DNA of 63,682 nucleotides, filler included, from Candidatus Zhuqueibacterota bacterium (GCA_016783505.1; 7 parts of 7 records of this genome joined end to end with filler, not necessarily neighbours in it); one strand, 5' to 3'. Numbered from the whole stretch's first letter, positions 1-10,542 are shown. Notes: generated from the letters alone by a model not told the origin. Numbers and translations: made by a program.

Positions 1-1769
1 ATCAGTTGGTCTCCGAACTGGTGTCCGGGGATCGGCGAAAAGAAGTTGAGGAGTATGTGGAGAGGACCCGAAGGATCACCGAAATAGAACGGACCTCAAC
101 GGAAAAGGAAAAAACGGGCCTGTTCATCGGTCGTAATGTAATCAACCCGGTAAACAGCGAACGAGTTCCCATCTGGATCTCCGATTACGTTCTGGAAAGC
201 TACGGCACAGGAGCGGTGTTCGCCTGCCCGGCCCACGATCAACGGGATTTTGAATTTGCCAACAAATTTGGTCTGAAAATTCAGGAGGTCGTTCGTCCCC
301 CTCAGGGCCCCTCCCCGCTGGATGAGATGAAAGCCGCCTACCTCGATTCAGGGGTGATGGTCAATTCAGGCCCATACAACGGCCTGAGCAATCGAGAATG
401 TAGCCGGAAAATCGTAGACGACCTTTCCTGTCATGTGGGGGCGGAAAAGACAGTCCAGTATAAACTCCGGGACTGGCTCATCTCCCGACAGCGCTACTGG
501 GGGACTCCCATCCCCATTATTTACTGTCCTCGCTGCGGGGAGGTGCCTGTTCCCGAAGAAGAACTCCCCGTCTTTCTTCCTGAAAAAGTCGAATTCAAGG
601 TTGCTGGTGAATCCCCCTTAACCACCAATCCTGATTTCGTCAACACCCCTTGTCCCCGTTGCGGTGAGCCGGGGAGAAGAGAGGTGGACACCATGGATAC
701 CTTCGTCTGTTCCTCCTGGTATTTCCTCCGCTTCGTTGATCCGGACATTGATTCCTTCCCCTTCAATCGGGGACTGGCGAATAAATGGCTGCCGGTGGAC
801 CAATACGTGGGAGGGGCCGAACATGCTGTAATGCATCTGCTCTATGCCCGGTTTTTCACTATGGCCCTCCACGACATGGGGTTGATTGATTTTGAAGAAC
901 CCTTTCTGAAATTGAACCACCAGGGGATGATCCGCAATAACGCCTACTTCTGCCCCAGACACGGATACCTCCCCAAAGATAGAACCGAAAGGGATGGGAA
1001 AAACCTATGCTGCACAACTTGCGGTTACCCTTTAGAAATACGGGATGAGAAAATTTCCAAATCCAAATACAATTCTGTGGATCCAGAACAATATATCCAC
1101 CAATACGGCGCCGATACCTTTCGGATGTATCTTATGTTTATGGGATCCTACGAAGAGGGGGGAGTGTGGTCTGAAAAAGGGATCACCGGCATCCATCGGT
1201 TCGTAAACCGGGTCTGGAGGCTGGTGAACTTACTGCAGAAAACCCCGCCCGAGGGATGGGAAACGGGAAAAAGCCCCGAGCTGGAGCGCCTGCGCCATTA
1301 CACCATCAGGGAGGTAACCGGTGACCTGGAGGGATTTCATTTCAACACCGCCATCTCCAGGTTGATGGAATTAACTAACTCTCTTTATCTTTATATTCAG
1401 GATGTTCCCCCCGAGGAACAACACCGGGAAATATTAAAAACTACAGAAGAGGCGTTAATAACCCTTTTAGCCCCATTTGCTCCCCATCTGTCTGAAGAAC
1501 TATGGCACCGGATCGGCGGTGAGCACAGCATCTTCGATCAAACCTGGCCGGCTTATGATGAAGATAAGATACTTCTGGAGAAGGTTACCATCGCCATTCA
1601 GGTCAACGGAAAGCTGCGGGACCAGATGGAAGCCCCCCTTGATATAGAGGATGAACTCTTAAAAGAGATGGCCTTAAGTCAGCAAAAAATAAAGAAATAC
1701 GTTGAGGGCCACCGGATTCTGAAGACCATTGTGGTTAAAAATAAACTGTTGAATATAGTCGTCCAATAG
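1..1769 (+). CDS. leuS: Leucyl-tRNA synthetase (5'-truncated)
   Basis: GTGAVFACPAHDQRD editing domain, DWLISRQRYWGTPIP, DTMDTF, GGAEHAVMHLLY, KISKS (KMSKS variant), C-terminal QVNGKLR. Confidence 0.97.
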   Translation, partial: QLVSELVSGDRRKEVEEYVERTRRITEIERTSTEKEKTGLFIGRNVINPVNSERVPIWISDYVLESYGTGAVFACPAHDQRDFEFANKFGLKIQEVVRPPQGPSPLDEMKAAYLDSGVMVNSGPYNGLSNRECSRKIVDDLSCHVGAEKTVQYKLRDWLISRQRYWGTPIPIIYCPRCGEVPVPEEELPVFLPEKVEFKVAGESPLTTNPDFVNTPCPRCGEPGRREVDTMDTFVCSSWYFLRFVDPDIDSFPFNRGLANKWLPVDQYVGGAEHAVMHLLYARFFTMALHDMGLIDFEEPFLKLNHQGMIRNNAYFCPRHGYLPKDRTERDGKNLCCTTCGYPLEIRDEKISKSKYNSVDPEQYIHQYGADTFRMYLMFMGSYEEGGVWSEKGITGIHRFVNRVWRLVNLLQKTPPEGWETGKSPELERLRHYTIREVTGDLEGFHFNTAISRLMELTNSLYLYIQDVPPEEQHREILKTTEEALITLLAPFAPHLSEELWHRIGGEHSIFDQTWPAYDEDKILLEKVTIAIQVNGKLRDQMEAPLDIEDELLKEMALSQQKIKKYVEGHRILKTIVVKNKLLNIVVQ

Positions 1770-2162
1770 TCAATGAATCAGTTAGTCAATAAATCGTTAT
1801 AAATCTATGCTCAGGGTGAAATGAACAGGAAAGCATGGAATCTTCATCTTCATCTTTCTTTTTATGATAAAAGGAGCGGTTGTTATTACAACACAAAAAG
1901 CGTTCGATGAATGATTTTTTATTTTCATCTTGATTTTAAAACTTTTTTTTTGTAATTTGTTGAGGTAATTTGTATCAACCAGGTAGGTGTTCCTAATTTT
2001 GCATCCGAAAGCCTGAATAATTTGTTTGGACAAGCTATGGATTTCCAGAAGATAAGCCAGGGTTTCTAGCATTGTTTTACGTAGTATTGTAACTTACATT
2101 ATCGCTGATGAATTGATTTATTACAATTAGGAAAATTATTGCACTCATTTTAGGAGAAAATT

Positions 2163-2879
2163 ATGACAGACTTTTTTAAGAAGATCTTTAACAAGCAAAG
2201 AAGCAATACAGGAAGGGAATCAGAACCCATTTGTCCTTATTGTAAAAAGATTTTGGAGCAACGACCACAACGTAAGAAAAAATGCCCTTTCTGTAAAAAC
2301 TTTATTTATACTCGTAGATTGCCTCCGAATTACGAAATAGTATTAGTAACTGAGGATGAAGCAAAGAAGATAGACTTAGAAAAAGAAAAATTTTTTTTCA
2401 GGCAAAGATGGCTTGATACCTTAAAGCAATATGGAATTACAGAAAGAATTTTTAATATTCGTAAGGACGAACTTTCCCAAAGAAATCAAAAGGAAGCAAA
2501 TGACCGAGATGTATTCTGGTCATTATTTAATGAAATCAACCAAGAAGCAATGAAAACTGGAGATTTCCAGACATTAAAAACTATCTATTATTCTATGGCT
2601 ATGTTTCTTAATGAAGAGGGTAAGGAATGCTTCGATCTTCTTCAACAATCGGCAAAGATGGAACTGTTGGTAATTAAAAGACGGGGCGTTATCAAAAAAG
2701 TTCAAATTATAACTGCTGGTCATAATAGCTGCTCTAATTGTAGAAAATCAGAGAATAAGATTTTTAGTATAGACGAGGCTCTTGAAAAAATGCCCATTCC
2801 ATGTAAAGAATGCACTACTACATTATATGATGAAAATAAAGGATTTTGTAGATGTCGCTATATACCATCGATGATCTAA
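2163..2879 (+). CDS. Hypothetical Cys-rich protein (N-terminal double CxxC, C-terminal CxxC/CxxC/CxC)
   Basis: 238-aa ORF with AGGAG RBS; CPYC..CPFC, CSNC, CKEC, CRC; AT-rich. Confidence 0.75.
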   Translation: MTDFFKKIFNKQRSNTGRESEPICPYCKKILEQRPQRKKKCPFCKNFIYTRRLPPNYEIVLVTEDEAKKIDLEKEKFFFRQRWLDTLKQYGITERIFNIRKDELSQRNQKEANDRDVFWSLFNEINQEAMKTGDFQTLKTIYYSMAMFLNEEGKECFDLLQQSAKMELLVIKRRGVIKKVQIITAGHNSCSNCRKSENKIFSIDEALEKMPIPCKECTTTLYDENKGFCRCRYIPSMI

Positions 2880-2901
2880 TTAAGAATTGAAAGGAAATAA
2901 A

Positions 2902-3363
2902 ATGATGGATTTTAAAAAATCAGGTGTTGGGATTTTTATATTTCTGTTTGTTCTGATACCAATAGCTTATGGGGCATTTATAGCGTTTACACCAATATCT
3001 TTTGAAGATGATCCAGTCAAAATAAGGCGAGCAACGGCATTAATATTTGTGGAAGGTAAAGAAGCCCGGTATGAAATTTACATAAAAAATGATTCTGATC
3101 GGGACTTGCTTGGGATTAAGTTTACAGTGGTTTTTTACGATAAATATTGGGATTTTGTCACTGTCCGAGAGATTGAACATTCAAGTTTAGTTAGTATGGA
3201 AACTGATTCAACTAAAATTGAATTGAAAAAACCTGATTATGGATTAGAAAAAGCCTATAATGGTATTATAGCTGTGACTGCTATACTCTATCGTTACGAT
3301 AATATATGGAAACGATCACTGGATGAAGCTATCAAAAAATATACCGAAAAAATTAAAAAATAA
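2902..3363 (+). CDS. Hypothetical membrane-anchored/exported protein
   Basis: AAGGA RBS before ATG 2902; hydrophobic N-terminus, beta-rich body. Confidence 0.65.
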   Translation: MMDFKKSGVGIFIFLFVLIPIAYGAFIAFTPISFEDDPVKIRRATALIFVEGKEARYEIYIKNDSDRDLLGIKFTVVFYDKYWDFVTVREIEHSSLVSMETDSTKIELKKPDYGLEKAYNGIIAVTAILYRYDNIWKRSLDEAIKKYTEKIKK

Positions 3364-3403
3364 ATTTTATGAAAAGATTCAACCAATAACTTGAGATTCT
3401 ATC

Positions 3404-4063
3404 ATGTTTACAAGAAGTGTTCTTGAAACTCTTATTATTGATGATAGAGTTGACAAGGATTCCCTCGCCGAAAGACTGGATCGAATACAAAAACACCTAT
3501 GTAGCAATAACGTGCAACGTGCGGCTGACCTTGCAACCGAATTGAGGGTGGCAAGTATTTTCTTGAATTTGAATGAACTAAAATGCATAGTATTTTGTGA
3601 GAAACCAGATTTACGATGTACGATACATGGCTATGATGTAAGCATTGAAATTCGGAAGTTTCGTTTTAAGAGTGAGGATGTAGAAAACCAAAAACGACTA
3701 GAACAAGCATTGGAACAGGGAGAACTGGTAGATTATGGCAATCTAGCTTACTTTGTGGAATTTGTGGAAGATGCACTTAAGCAAAAAATCCTAAAAGCCT
3801 TAGACAAATCGGATTACTATCTCTACCTGCTCTCTGAAAGTACACACCAAATTGAGGATGTGGAAATAAAAATTGCCCTAAAGGACATAATAAAAAGAGA
3901 TACTGGTTTACGCCGAGTCGCCGGTTTGTTTTACCAAACTTTAAATCGTCCGGTAGACACTTCTCCAATTCGATTTGTTGTTTTGAATGCTGAAAAAGCT
4001 TCAAATGCAGTTTTAGACGCCTTTGAGAGTTCAAGATTTTTTAACATTGTTAAAATTGATTAG
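3404..4063 (+). CDS. Hypothetical protein, possible PD-(D/E)xK nuclease fold
   Basis: 219-aa ORF; E...KPDL...IEIRK spacing resembles a restriction-like catalytic motif. Confidence 0.5.
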   Translation: MFTRSVLETLIIDDRVDKDSLAERLDRIQKHLCSNNVQRAADLATELRVASIFLNLNELKCIVFCEKPDLRCTIHGYDVSIEIRKFRFKSEDVENQKRLEQALEQGELVDYGNLAYFVEFVEDALKQKILKALDKSDYYLYLLSESTHQIEDVEIKIALKDIIKRDTGLRRVAGLFYQTLNRPVDTSPIRFVVLNAEKASNAVLDAFESSRFFNIVKID

Positions 4064-4362
4064 AGTAACTGACTGAAAAGTGGAAGACAATATTCTTACC
4101 TATCATTGGGGACTAAGGATTGCGTAGGATTTTATTGAAGTTCGAAGTGAGGATAAAAGGAAATTAATCACAATAAAAAGAGGCTATGTCCGAAGCTATT
4201 CTTGTTCTAATTTCTAAAGCTACTGAAAACCAGTGGCTTTTTTGTTGATAGAGCAGGGGACCAGGAACAGAAGAATAACTTTTTTATTCAAAATTATCTT
4301 GATTTAATCCATAAAAATATTATATTATAACATAGTTTAAATTTATTAAATAGGAAGGATCA

Positions 4363-6738
4363 GTGGCCCTCTTCAGCGAAGCAAAAAAGATCAATGGGTT
4401 ATACCGGCAACGGGACTGGAACGGGATCGTTCGCATCGCCCGGGATCTGCCACTCAGAGAGATTGACGACATCAAGGTGCTGAACGACATTGCGGTGGCC
4501 TACCGCAGGCTGGACCGAATTGACGAGGCCTTTCAGGTGTGTCAACGTATCTATTCTTTGTATCCGGAACCCGACCTGATAAAGCAGAGCGTTGATCCCG
4601 GCATCCGCTACATGCGGCATCACCAAATCCTGGGCGAAATCTATTATTTAAAGGGAAATTACGATGAGGCTTTAAAGATCTTCGATAAGCTCAAGGTATT
4701 GGGGGATCGCTTTTCCGATAAATTCTTACTGACGGCCAAGATTTACCGGAAGCAGAAGCGATTTAACGAGGCGGCCCGGGAATATCGAAATATGATTACC
4801 CAGTGCCCTAAACGTATTGATTCTGTCATTAAGGGAACGCTGGAGCTAGCCACCGAGGACCCGACCAATGAGGAAACCTACCTGGCATTATATGAAGCTT
4901 ACTCCCATAAAGGATTGCTCAAACGGGTTGTTGCAGATTTAGAAACCCGACTGTCACGGGATGATGAAAACCTACCCGCCGCTTTTGTGGTGGGCTATTT
5001 CCTTTGCTTCAACGGCCAGCCCGAAAAGGGAATCCAAACCCTAATTCATTATCAGCAACAGCATCCCCAGAACCTGGACGCTGCCGTGAACCTGGCCCAG
5101 CTTTTCCTCCTTAACCGCCAGGGATCCCAGGCCTGGGAACTCTACATTGATACTATTAAGCCGGTGGGGGGAAAGGAAGAGACCGTTCTACGGTTGCTTG
5201 AGAAAATCACCGCTCAAAAGGTCGGTGGCGAGAGGGCAGAAGAAGATCTGGCCCATTTCTACATAGAATTGGGCCATTGGGATGGGGCCGAGGAAAAATA
5301 TTCAGCCCTGGCCCGGACTCGGCCGGACGATGAATCTATCAAATCCCAACTGGAGAAGATTTATCATTTCCAGATGGAACAAGCCATCGCCACTGATCGG
5401 TCTGAAGATGGCCTATCGGTCCTGCAAAAGCTTGTCAATCTGAGGCCTGAGAAGGAAGAATACCGCCAGAAGCTGCGTTCCTTGGAAACCCTTATTGTCC
5501 AATCCAAAATTGACGAGATTGAGCGGAAGTTAAAGATTTCCTCCCTGCCCGCCGATAAGGTCAATCGGCTTCAGTTCGAATTGGCCGAACTGTATGAGCA
5601 ACTAAAAGGGGGTGAAAAGCCAGCCCTGTCCTTTTTCCAGAAGGTGGCCCAATCAGATTCCGTCTATCGCCCCCAGGCCATATTGCGTGTAGGTCTTTCC
5701 TTTCTGAACCGGGGGATGGTGGATTTAGCCTTCAAGAACTTCAACGAGATCCTAACCCTCAATTTTGATGAGGAACAAAAAAAAGACTTTGTTTACCAGA
5801 TTGGCATCTTATGTGAGGAAAGGGGCCATCCCGAAAAGGCCAGAGAAATGTATTCATATATTATGGCCCTTGATGTCACCTTTCAGGATGTAGCCCAGCG
5901 GTTGGAGGGTTTGCCCCAAAAGGCCACCCCTTCCCTTGAAAAAGGAAAAGAAATAGATCTCAGTGACCGTTATGAGGAGATTGAAAAGATCGGGGAGGGG
6001 GGAATGGGCATTATCTATCGGGCCACCGATAAAATCTTAAAGCGTAAAGTGGCTATCAAGATGATTAAGGGGGACGTCCAGGCCCATCCCGAGGCGGTGG
6101 AACGGTTCATTCGGGAGGCGCAGTCAGCTAGCCAGCTTCGGCATCCGGGGATCGTTACCATCTACGACATCAACATAGGCCAGCCTATGTGGATTGTGAT
6201 GGAATTCGTGGAGGGCCAGGACTTAAGAAAATTAATGGAGATTCAAAAGTTTAACTGGACTACTTTAAAACCCCTGGCCGTCAAGACCTGTGAGGCCTTG
6301 GGACACGCTCATCAGCACGGGGTAGTACATCGTGATATTAAACCGGACAACATAATGGTTACCGCCGACGGTCAGGTCAAGATCACTGACTTCGGTCTGG
6401 CTCACATCGGAGCCGCTTCCGCCCTCACCCAGGCAGGTCAGGCCCTGGGTACCCCATGGTACATGGCCCCGGAGCAGATCCGGGGGCATGGGGTAGACCA
6501 CCGGGCCGACCTCTATGCCCTGGGGGCTACCTTCTATGAAATCCTGGTCGGCCGCCCTCCCTTTTATGAGGGGGACGTGGCTTACCAGCAGATCCATGAG
6601 CGGCCCCAACCCCCCAACCTCTTGAACCCCGAAATTCCCCAGACCGTCGAAGCCATAATCCTAAAGTGCCTGGAAAAATCCCCGGGAGACCGTTATCAGA
6701 CTTCCAATGATTTAATAGCAGATCTTATAAAGAGCTAA
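4363..6738 (+). CDS. TPR-repeat Hanks-type Ser/Thr protein kinase
   Basis: N-terminal TPR-like helices; GEGGMG, VAIK, HRDIKPDN, DFG, GTPWYMAPE motifs. Confidence 0.93.
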   Translation: MALFSEAKKINGLYRQRDWNGIVRIARDLPLREIDDIKVLNDIAVAYRRLDRIDEAFQVCQRIYSLYPEPDLIKQSVDPGIRYMRHHQILGEIYYLKGNYDEALKIFDKLKVLGDRFSDKFLLTAKIYRKQKRFNEAAREYRNMITQCPKRIDSVIKGTLELATEDPTNEETYLALYEAYSHKGLLKRVVADLETRLSRDDENLPAAFVVGYFLCFNGQPEKGIQTLIHYQQQHPQNLDAAVNLAQLFLLNRQGSQAWELYIDTIKPVGGKEETVLRLLEKITAQKVGGERAEEDLAHFYIELGHWDGAEEKYSALARTRPDDESIKSQLEKIYHFQMEQAIATDRSEDGLSVLQKLVNLRPEKEEYRQKLRSLETLIVQSKIDEIERKLKISSLPADKVNRLQFELAELYEQLKGGEKPALSFFQKVAQSDSVYRPQAILRVGLSFLNRGMVDLAFKNFNEILTLNFDEEQKKDFVYQIGILCEERGHPEKAREMYSYIMALDVTFQDVAQRLEGLPQKATPSLEKGKEIDLSDRYEEIEKIGEGGMGIIYRATDKILKRKVAIKMIKGDVQAHPEAVERFIREAQSASQLRHPGIVTIYDINIGQPMWIVMEFVEGQDLRKLMEIQKFNWTTLKPLAVKTCEALGHAHQHGVVHRDIKPDNIMVTADGQVKITDFGLAHIGAASALTQAGQALGTPWYMAPEQIRGHGVDHRADLYALGATFYEILVGRPPFYEGDVAYQQIHERPQPPNLLNPEIPQTVEAIILKCLEKSPGDRYQTSNDLIADLIKS

Positions 6739-6739
6739 A

Positions 6740-8440
6740 ATGGCCGATCCCAAAATCATTGAAGAGAAATTAGGCCGGTTTGAGAAGGAAATCCAGGCCT
6801 TTAGCCATGAAATCCAGGGTTTAATTCAGGAACATCCGGATCTGCCAACCCAAAAGGTGCGGGAGCGCCTGATCGGGCTTCTGGATTCATACCAACCGCT
6901 GCGCCGGGAAACCCTCGATTTCGAGCTCTATCGTCAGGAAATGGCCACCCTGATCGAGGTCTCCAACCTTATCAACTCGGTGTTGGAGATGGACAAGCTG
7001 TTAAATCTGATCATGGACATGGCCATCAGGGTGATGGTAGCTGAACGGGGATTTTTAATGCTCAAGGACAAGGACACCGGGGAGTTGGCCGTGCGGGTGG
7101 CCCGGAATATGGAGGAGGAGATGAAGGATCAAAGCCAGTTCACCATCAGTTCCTCCATCTCCAGCCGGGTGGCCCGGGAAGGGGAGCCTATCCTTACTAC
7201 CGACGCCCAGGAAGACGCCCGATTTCAGGGCCAGGCCTCCATTATGGACTATAGCCTAAGATCGCTGATCTGCGTGCCCCTGAAGATTAAGTCCGATGTC
7301 ACCGGGGTCATTTACTTAGACAACCGCACGGTGGGGGGGGCTTTTTCTGATCGAAGCATTAAATTTCTCACCTCCTTTGCCAATCAGGCTGCCATTGCCA
7401 TTGAGAACGCCCGATTGGTGGAGAAAATCCAGCAAGAGACCCGCATGAGATCCAACCTTCAGCGCTACCTTTCCCCCAACCTGGTAGATGACATCATGAA
7501 CAAAAAAAAGGATTTGGCCCTGGGTGGGGAGAGGGTGGAGTGTAGCATCCTGTTTGCAGACATCTGCGGATTCACAGCCCTTTCTGAAAAGATGAGCTCA
7601 GAGGAGGTTGTCAGGATGCTCAACGAATATTTTACACGCATGGCCGATATTATTTTTAAACATGGGGGAACCCTTGATAAATTCATGGGGGATGGTATCC
7701 TGGTATTATTCGGCACCCCTGTGTTTTCAGATCAGAGTGCATTAGAGGCGGTGGACTGCGCCTTCGGCATGCAGCAAGAATCGGAAAAACTGGCCCGGGA
7801 GTGGGCTCAGAAAGGCTGGCCCACCTTTAAAATGCGCATTGGCATCAACACCGGCGCGGTGGTGGCCGGTAACATCGGTTCCCCACAGCGGATGGACTAC
7901 ACTGTCATAGGCGACGGCGTCAATTTAGCCTCCCGGGTTGAGGCCAAAGCTCCACCCGGCGGGGTGCTCATCACCCGGCCAACCCTGGAAAGGGTAAAGA
8001 ATGCCATTCGCTATCAGACTCTGGATCCTGTCCGGCTGAAGGGCAAGACCGAACCGGTGGAAATTTTTCTGGTGACAGATCTCCTGGTGGAAACAGTAAA
8101 GGAATTTCGGGAGTTACGCCGGGAGAAGAGAAAAGAGGCCTCACTTTTCGCCACCTATCGCCACGAAAAGGAAACCAAGGTCAACCAAGGCATTATTCAG
8201 AATATAAGCCCCGGGGGAGTGTTCTTGAGCACCAAGGTGGGTCTTCCGGAGGGGTCCCGACTGGAGCTTAGTTTTAACCTCACCGATGAAATGAAATGCG
8301 ATGGCATCTGGGGAACCATCTGTCAAGCTCAACAATCTCAGGATGATCAAGGACGACCATTTTACAAATTGGGAATAAAATTTGAGCCCCTTTCCCCATC
8401 TGATAACGAAAAGGTCCTCAGCTTTGTATCCCAGACCTGA
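6740..8440 (+). CDS. GAF + class III adenylate cyclase + C-terminal PilZ domain protein
   Basis: GAF (SLICVPL..GVIYLDN..ANQAAIAIENA); FADICGFT, DKFMGDG, DYTVIGDGVNLASR; PilZ RREKR...NISPGG. Confidence 0.9.
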   Translation: MADPKIIEEKLGRFEKEIQAFSHEIQGLIQEHPDLPTQKVRERLIGLLDSYQPLRRETLDFELYRQEMATLIEVSNLINSVLEMDKLLNLIMDMAIRVMVAERGFLMLKDKDTGELAVRVARNMEEEMKDQSQFTISSSISSRVAREGEPILTTDAQEDARFQGQASIMDYSLRSLICVPLKIKSDVTGVIYLDNRTVGGAFSDRSIKFLTSFANQAAIAIENARLVEKIQQETRMRSNLQRYLSPNLVDDIMNKKKDLALGGERVECSILFADICGFTALSEKMSSEEVVRMLNEYFTRMADIIFKHGGTLDKFMGDGILVLFGTPVFSDQSALEAVDCAFGMQQESEKLAREWAQKGWPTFKMRIGINTGAVVAGNIGSPQRMDYTVIGDGVNLASRVEAKAPPGGVLITRPTLERVKNAIRYQTLDPVRLKGKTEPVEIFLVTDLLVETVKEFRELRREKRKEASLFATYRHEKETKVNQGIIQNISPGGVFLSTKVGLPEGSRLELSFNLTDEMKCDGIWGTICQAQQSQDDQGRPFYKLGIKFEPLSPSDNEKVLSFVSQT

Positions 8441-9233
8441 TTTCAATCGCCGATGTAAAAAAGCCGCCTTGTTGGTTTTAATATTGGCTACTCTTTCAGT
8501 GGGTCTCAAGGGGGTTAGAGCCGGATCCCCATTGAGCACCCCCCAGGACATCTGGCGGGTAGGGGAGGAGCTAATCTATTCGGTGCGGTGGCTTTTCATT
8601 CATCTGGGCACGATTAACGTAAAGGTTGCCCAAAAAATTGAGAATAACGGCCGTTCAGCATATTTGGTTAAGGTCAAGGCTTACTCCAACCCCCTCCTGT
8701 TTTTTTTAGATGTTGATTTAAATATGGAAACCCTGGTGGATGAGGATTTATATTCCCTCCATTATACGGTTAAGGACAAGGTTGACGAGCTATTCGATTC
8801 TACCGAATATGTATTTGATTACAAAAATGAGCAAATGATAATAAAACGGTTTAGCGGGGAAAACCTTGTCAAGACCAAGGATGATACGATACCTTTACTA
8901 CATCCCATGCAGGATTCGGGATCCCTCATCTTTTATGCACGGGGCCAATCCCTTTCACAAGGGATTATTGAAGTACCCACCATTGTCAGCGAGGAGGAGG
9001 TATCCTGCAAAATGGTTTTTACTGGAAAGAAAAGTAAGGTGAAGATAAAGGGCTTAAAACCAGAAATCCAGGAGGTTGTAGAAATTAAAGGATTTTTGCC
9101 AACTAAAGGGGTGGTGGGCTTGAGTGGTGATTATCGGGGGTGGTTCACTGCTGATGAACGGGCCATTCCCTTAAAGGCCCATCTCAACATCTTCCTTGGG
9201 AAGATCGTCATCAACCTGAAGAGTATAAAATAA
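8382..9233 (+). CDS. DUF3108-like exported protein (start uncertain)
   Basis: Signal peptide, GEELIYSVRW, WFTADERAIPLK..LGKI pattern. Confidence 0.7.
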   Translation: MSPFPHLITKRSSALYPRPDFNRRCKKAALLVLILATLSVGLKGVRAGSPLSTPQDIWRVGEELIYSVRWLFIHLGTINVKVAQKIENNGRSAYLVKVKAYSNPLLFFLDVDLNMETLVDEDLYSLHYTVKDKVDELFDSTEYVFDYKNEQMIIKRFSGENLVKTKDDTIPLLHPMQDSGSLIFYARGQSLSQGIIEVPTIVSEEEVSCKMVFTGKKSKVKIKGLKPEIQEVVEIKGFLPTKGVVGLSGDYRGWFTADERAIPLKAHLNIFLGKIVINLKSIK

Positions 9234-9345
9234 CTGTTAATATAATTATTGCGGTTCTTCCCTAAAAAAATTCGAAGCACGATCCCGATCCTTCGGGACG
9301 AAGCACGAAACAAATTCGAATGACACAGACGGGTAATCCGTATGG

Positions 9346-9525
9346 ATGATCAAAATTCAAAATTCGAAATAATTTGATTTAGGGTCTAAAGAAAGTCAAT
9401 ATTGGTTGAGGCTAATAGACACGCAAGATGACCTGGAACTGAAAAACAGACAAAAATATTTAGAATAAGAGTTGACCTAACTCACGGTTATCTTCGGCTC
9501 CTAATTGCGAAAGAGTCAGGAACGT
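9346..9525 (+). pseudogene. Four-helix-bundle (23S rRNA IVP-like) protein remnant
   Basis: MIKIQNSK*FDL followed by KESQYWLRLI...LTVIFGS*LRKS with several stops; preceded by AAATTCG/AAGCACG heptamer-like repeats. Confidence 0.6.
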
Positions 9526-9607
9526 TTTGAGCATTTGTCCCGAACTTTCGGGATCGAATTTACTAATGATTACCATAAAACCACGGGAAGAGAAAATTTT
9601 GTTAACG

Positions 9608-9817
9608 ATGCGTATAACCAGAACAGCCCTCGTTTACATACTGACCCTGTTAAGCCTCGGTTGCAGCCTCAACCGTATGGTGGTTCGTTCCACCCAGGGC
9701 ATTCTGGAGAACAGCCTTCGGGCCCTGTATGAGGAGGAAGACATTCCGCTTGCTGAGATAGCCGCCGCCTCAGACTTAAAACTATTGGAAGGGTTGATCA
9801 AGGCCGATCCGGAAAAC
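9608..9817 (+). CDS. TRAP (TPAT) transporter TatT-like lipoprotein, 3'-truncated
   Basis: Lipobox SLGC; EEEDIPLAEIA..SDLKLLEGLIKADPEN. Confidence 0.7.
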
Positions 9818-9917
9818 NNNNNNNNNNNNNNNNNNNNNNNNNNNNNNNNNNNNNNNNNNNNTTAATTAATTAANNNNNNNNNNNNNNNNNNNNNNNNNNN
9901 NNNNNNNNNNNNNNNNN
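9818..9917. other. Artificial contig spacer
   Basis: N-run with TTAATTAATTAA linker. Confidence 0.99.
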
Positions 9918-10542
9918 CTCCGGTGACCAAGTTGAAGACACCAGGGGAAAGGTTCAGTTCCTCAGACAGCTCGGCGATTTTGATCCCCACCAAGGTGCTG
10001 TATTCTGAGGGCTTGAAGATGACCGGGCATCCAGTCACCAGGGCCGGAAAGATGGATCCTATTGGGAGGCCGAAGGGATAGTTCCACGGGGAGATGACGG
10101 CAAAGGGCCCTAAAGGCTCCAGTTCAAGGATGCCCCTCTTGCCCCAGAACAGCGGCTGATAATACCTTACCCTTCTGGGGCGTAGCAAGGAAGGGGCTTT
10201 CTTGCAGTAATAGCGGATCAGGGCCACCACCCCGAAGATCTCGCTGGCGTAGGCCTCAACGAGGGGTTTCCCCATCTCCTGGGTTATCAGCCGGGCGATT
10301 TCATCGCTCCGATCAATGATAATCCGGGACAATCCCTTAAGCTTTTCAACCCTTCCCCTCACCCCCAGATCCCGCCACCCAGGAAAGGCCCCCCAGGCCG
10401 CCTCCACCGCTTGGTTGACCAACCCCTGATCGGCGCAGGGAAAGCTCCCGATATTTTCTAAACTCGCAGGATTCACCGATGCCAAAGTCCTGGCTTCCGG
10501 GGACATAGCCACCCACTGACCGTTGATGAACATTTTCTCCAT
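9918..10542 (-). CDS. Aldehyde dehydrogenase family protein, 3'-truncated
   Basis: EMGKP, ISPWNYP, FKPSE, PGVFNLVTG. Confidence 0.93.

Noticed and set aside
9818-9917. TTAATTAATTAA motif repeated six times within N-runs
   Set aside because: Artificial linker with stops in all frames; ORFs ending in X..LIN and any cross-gap gene neighbourhoods are artefacts.
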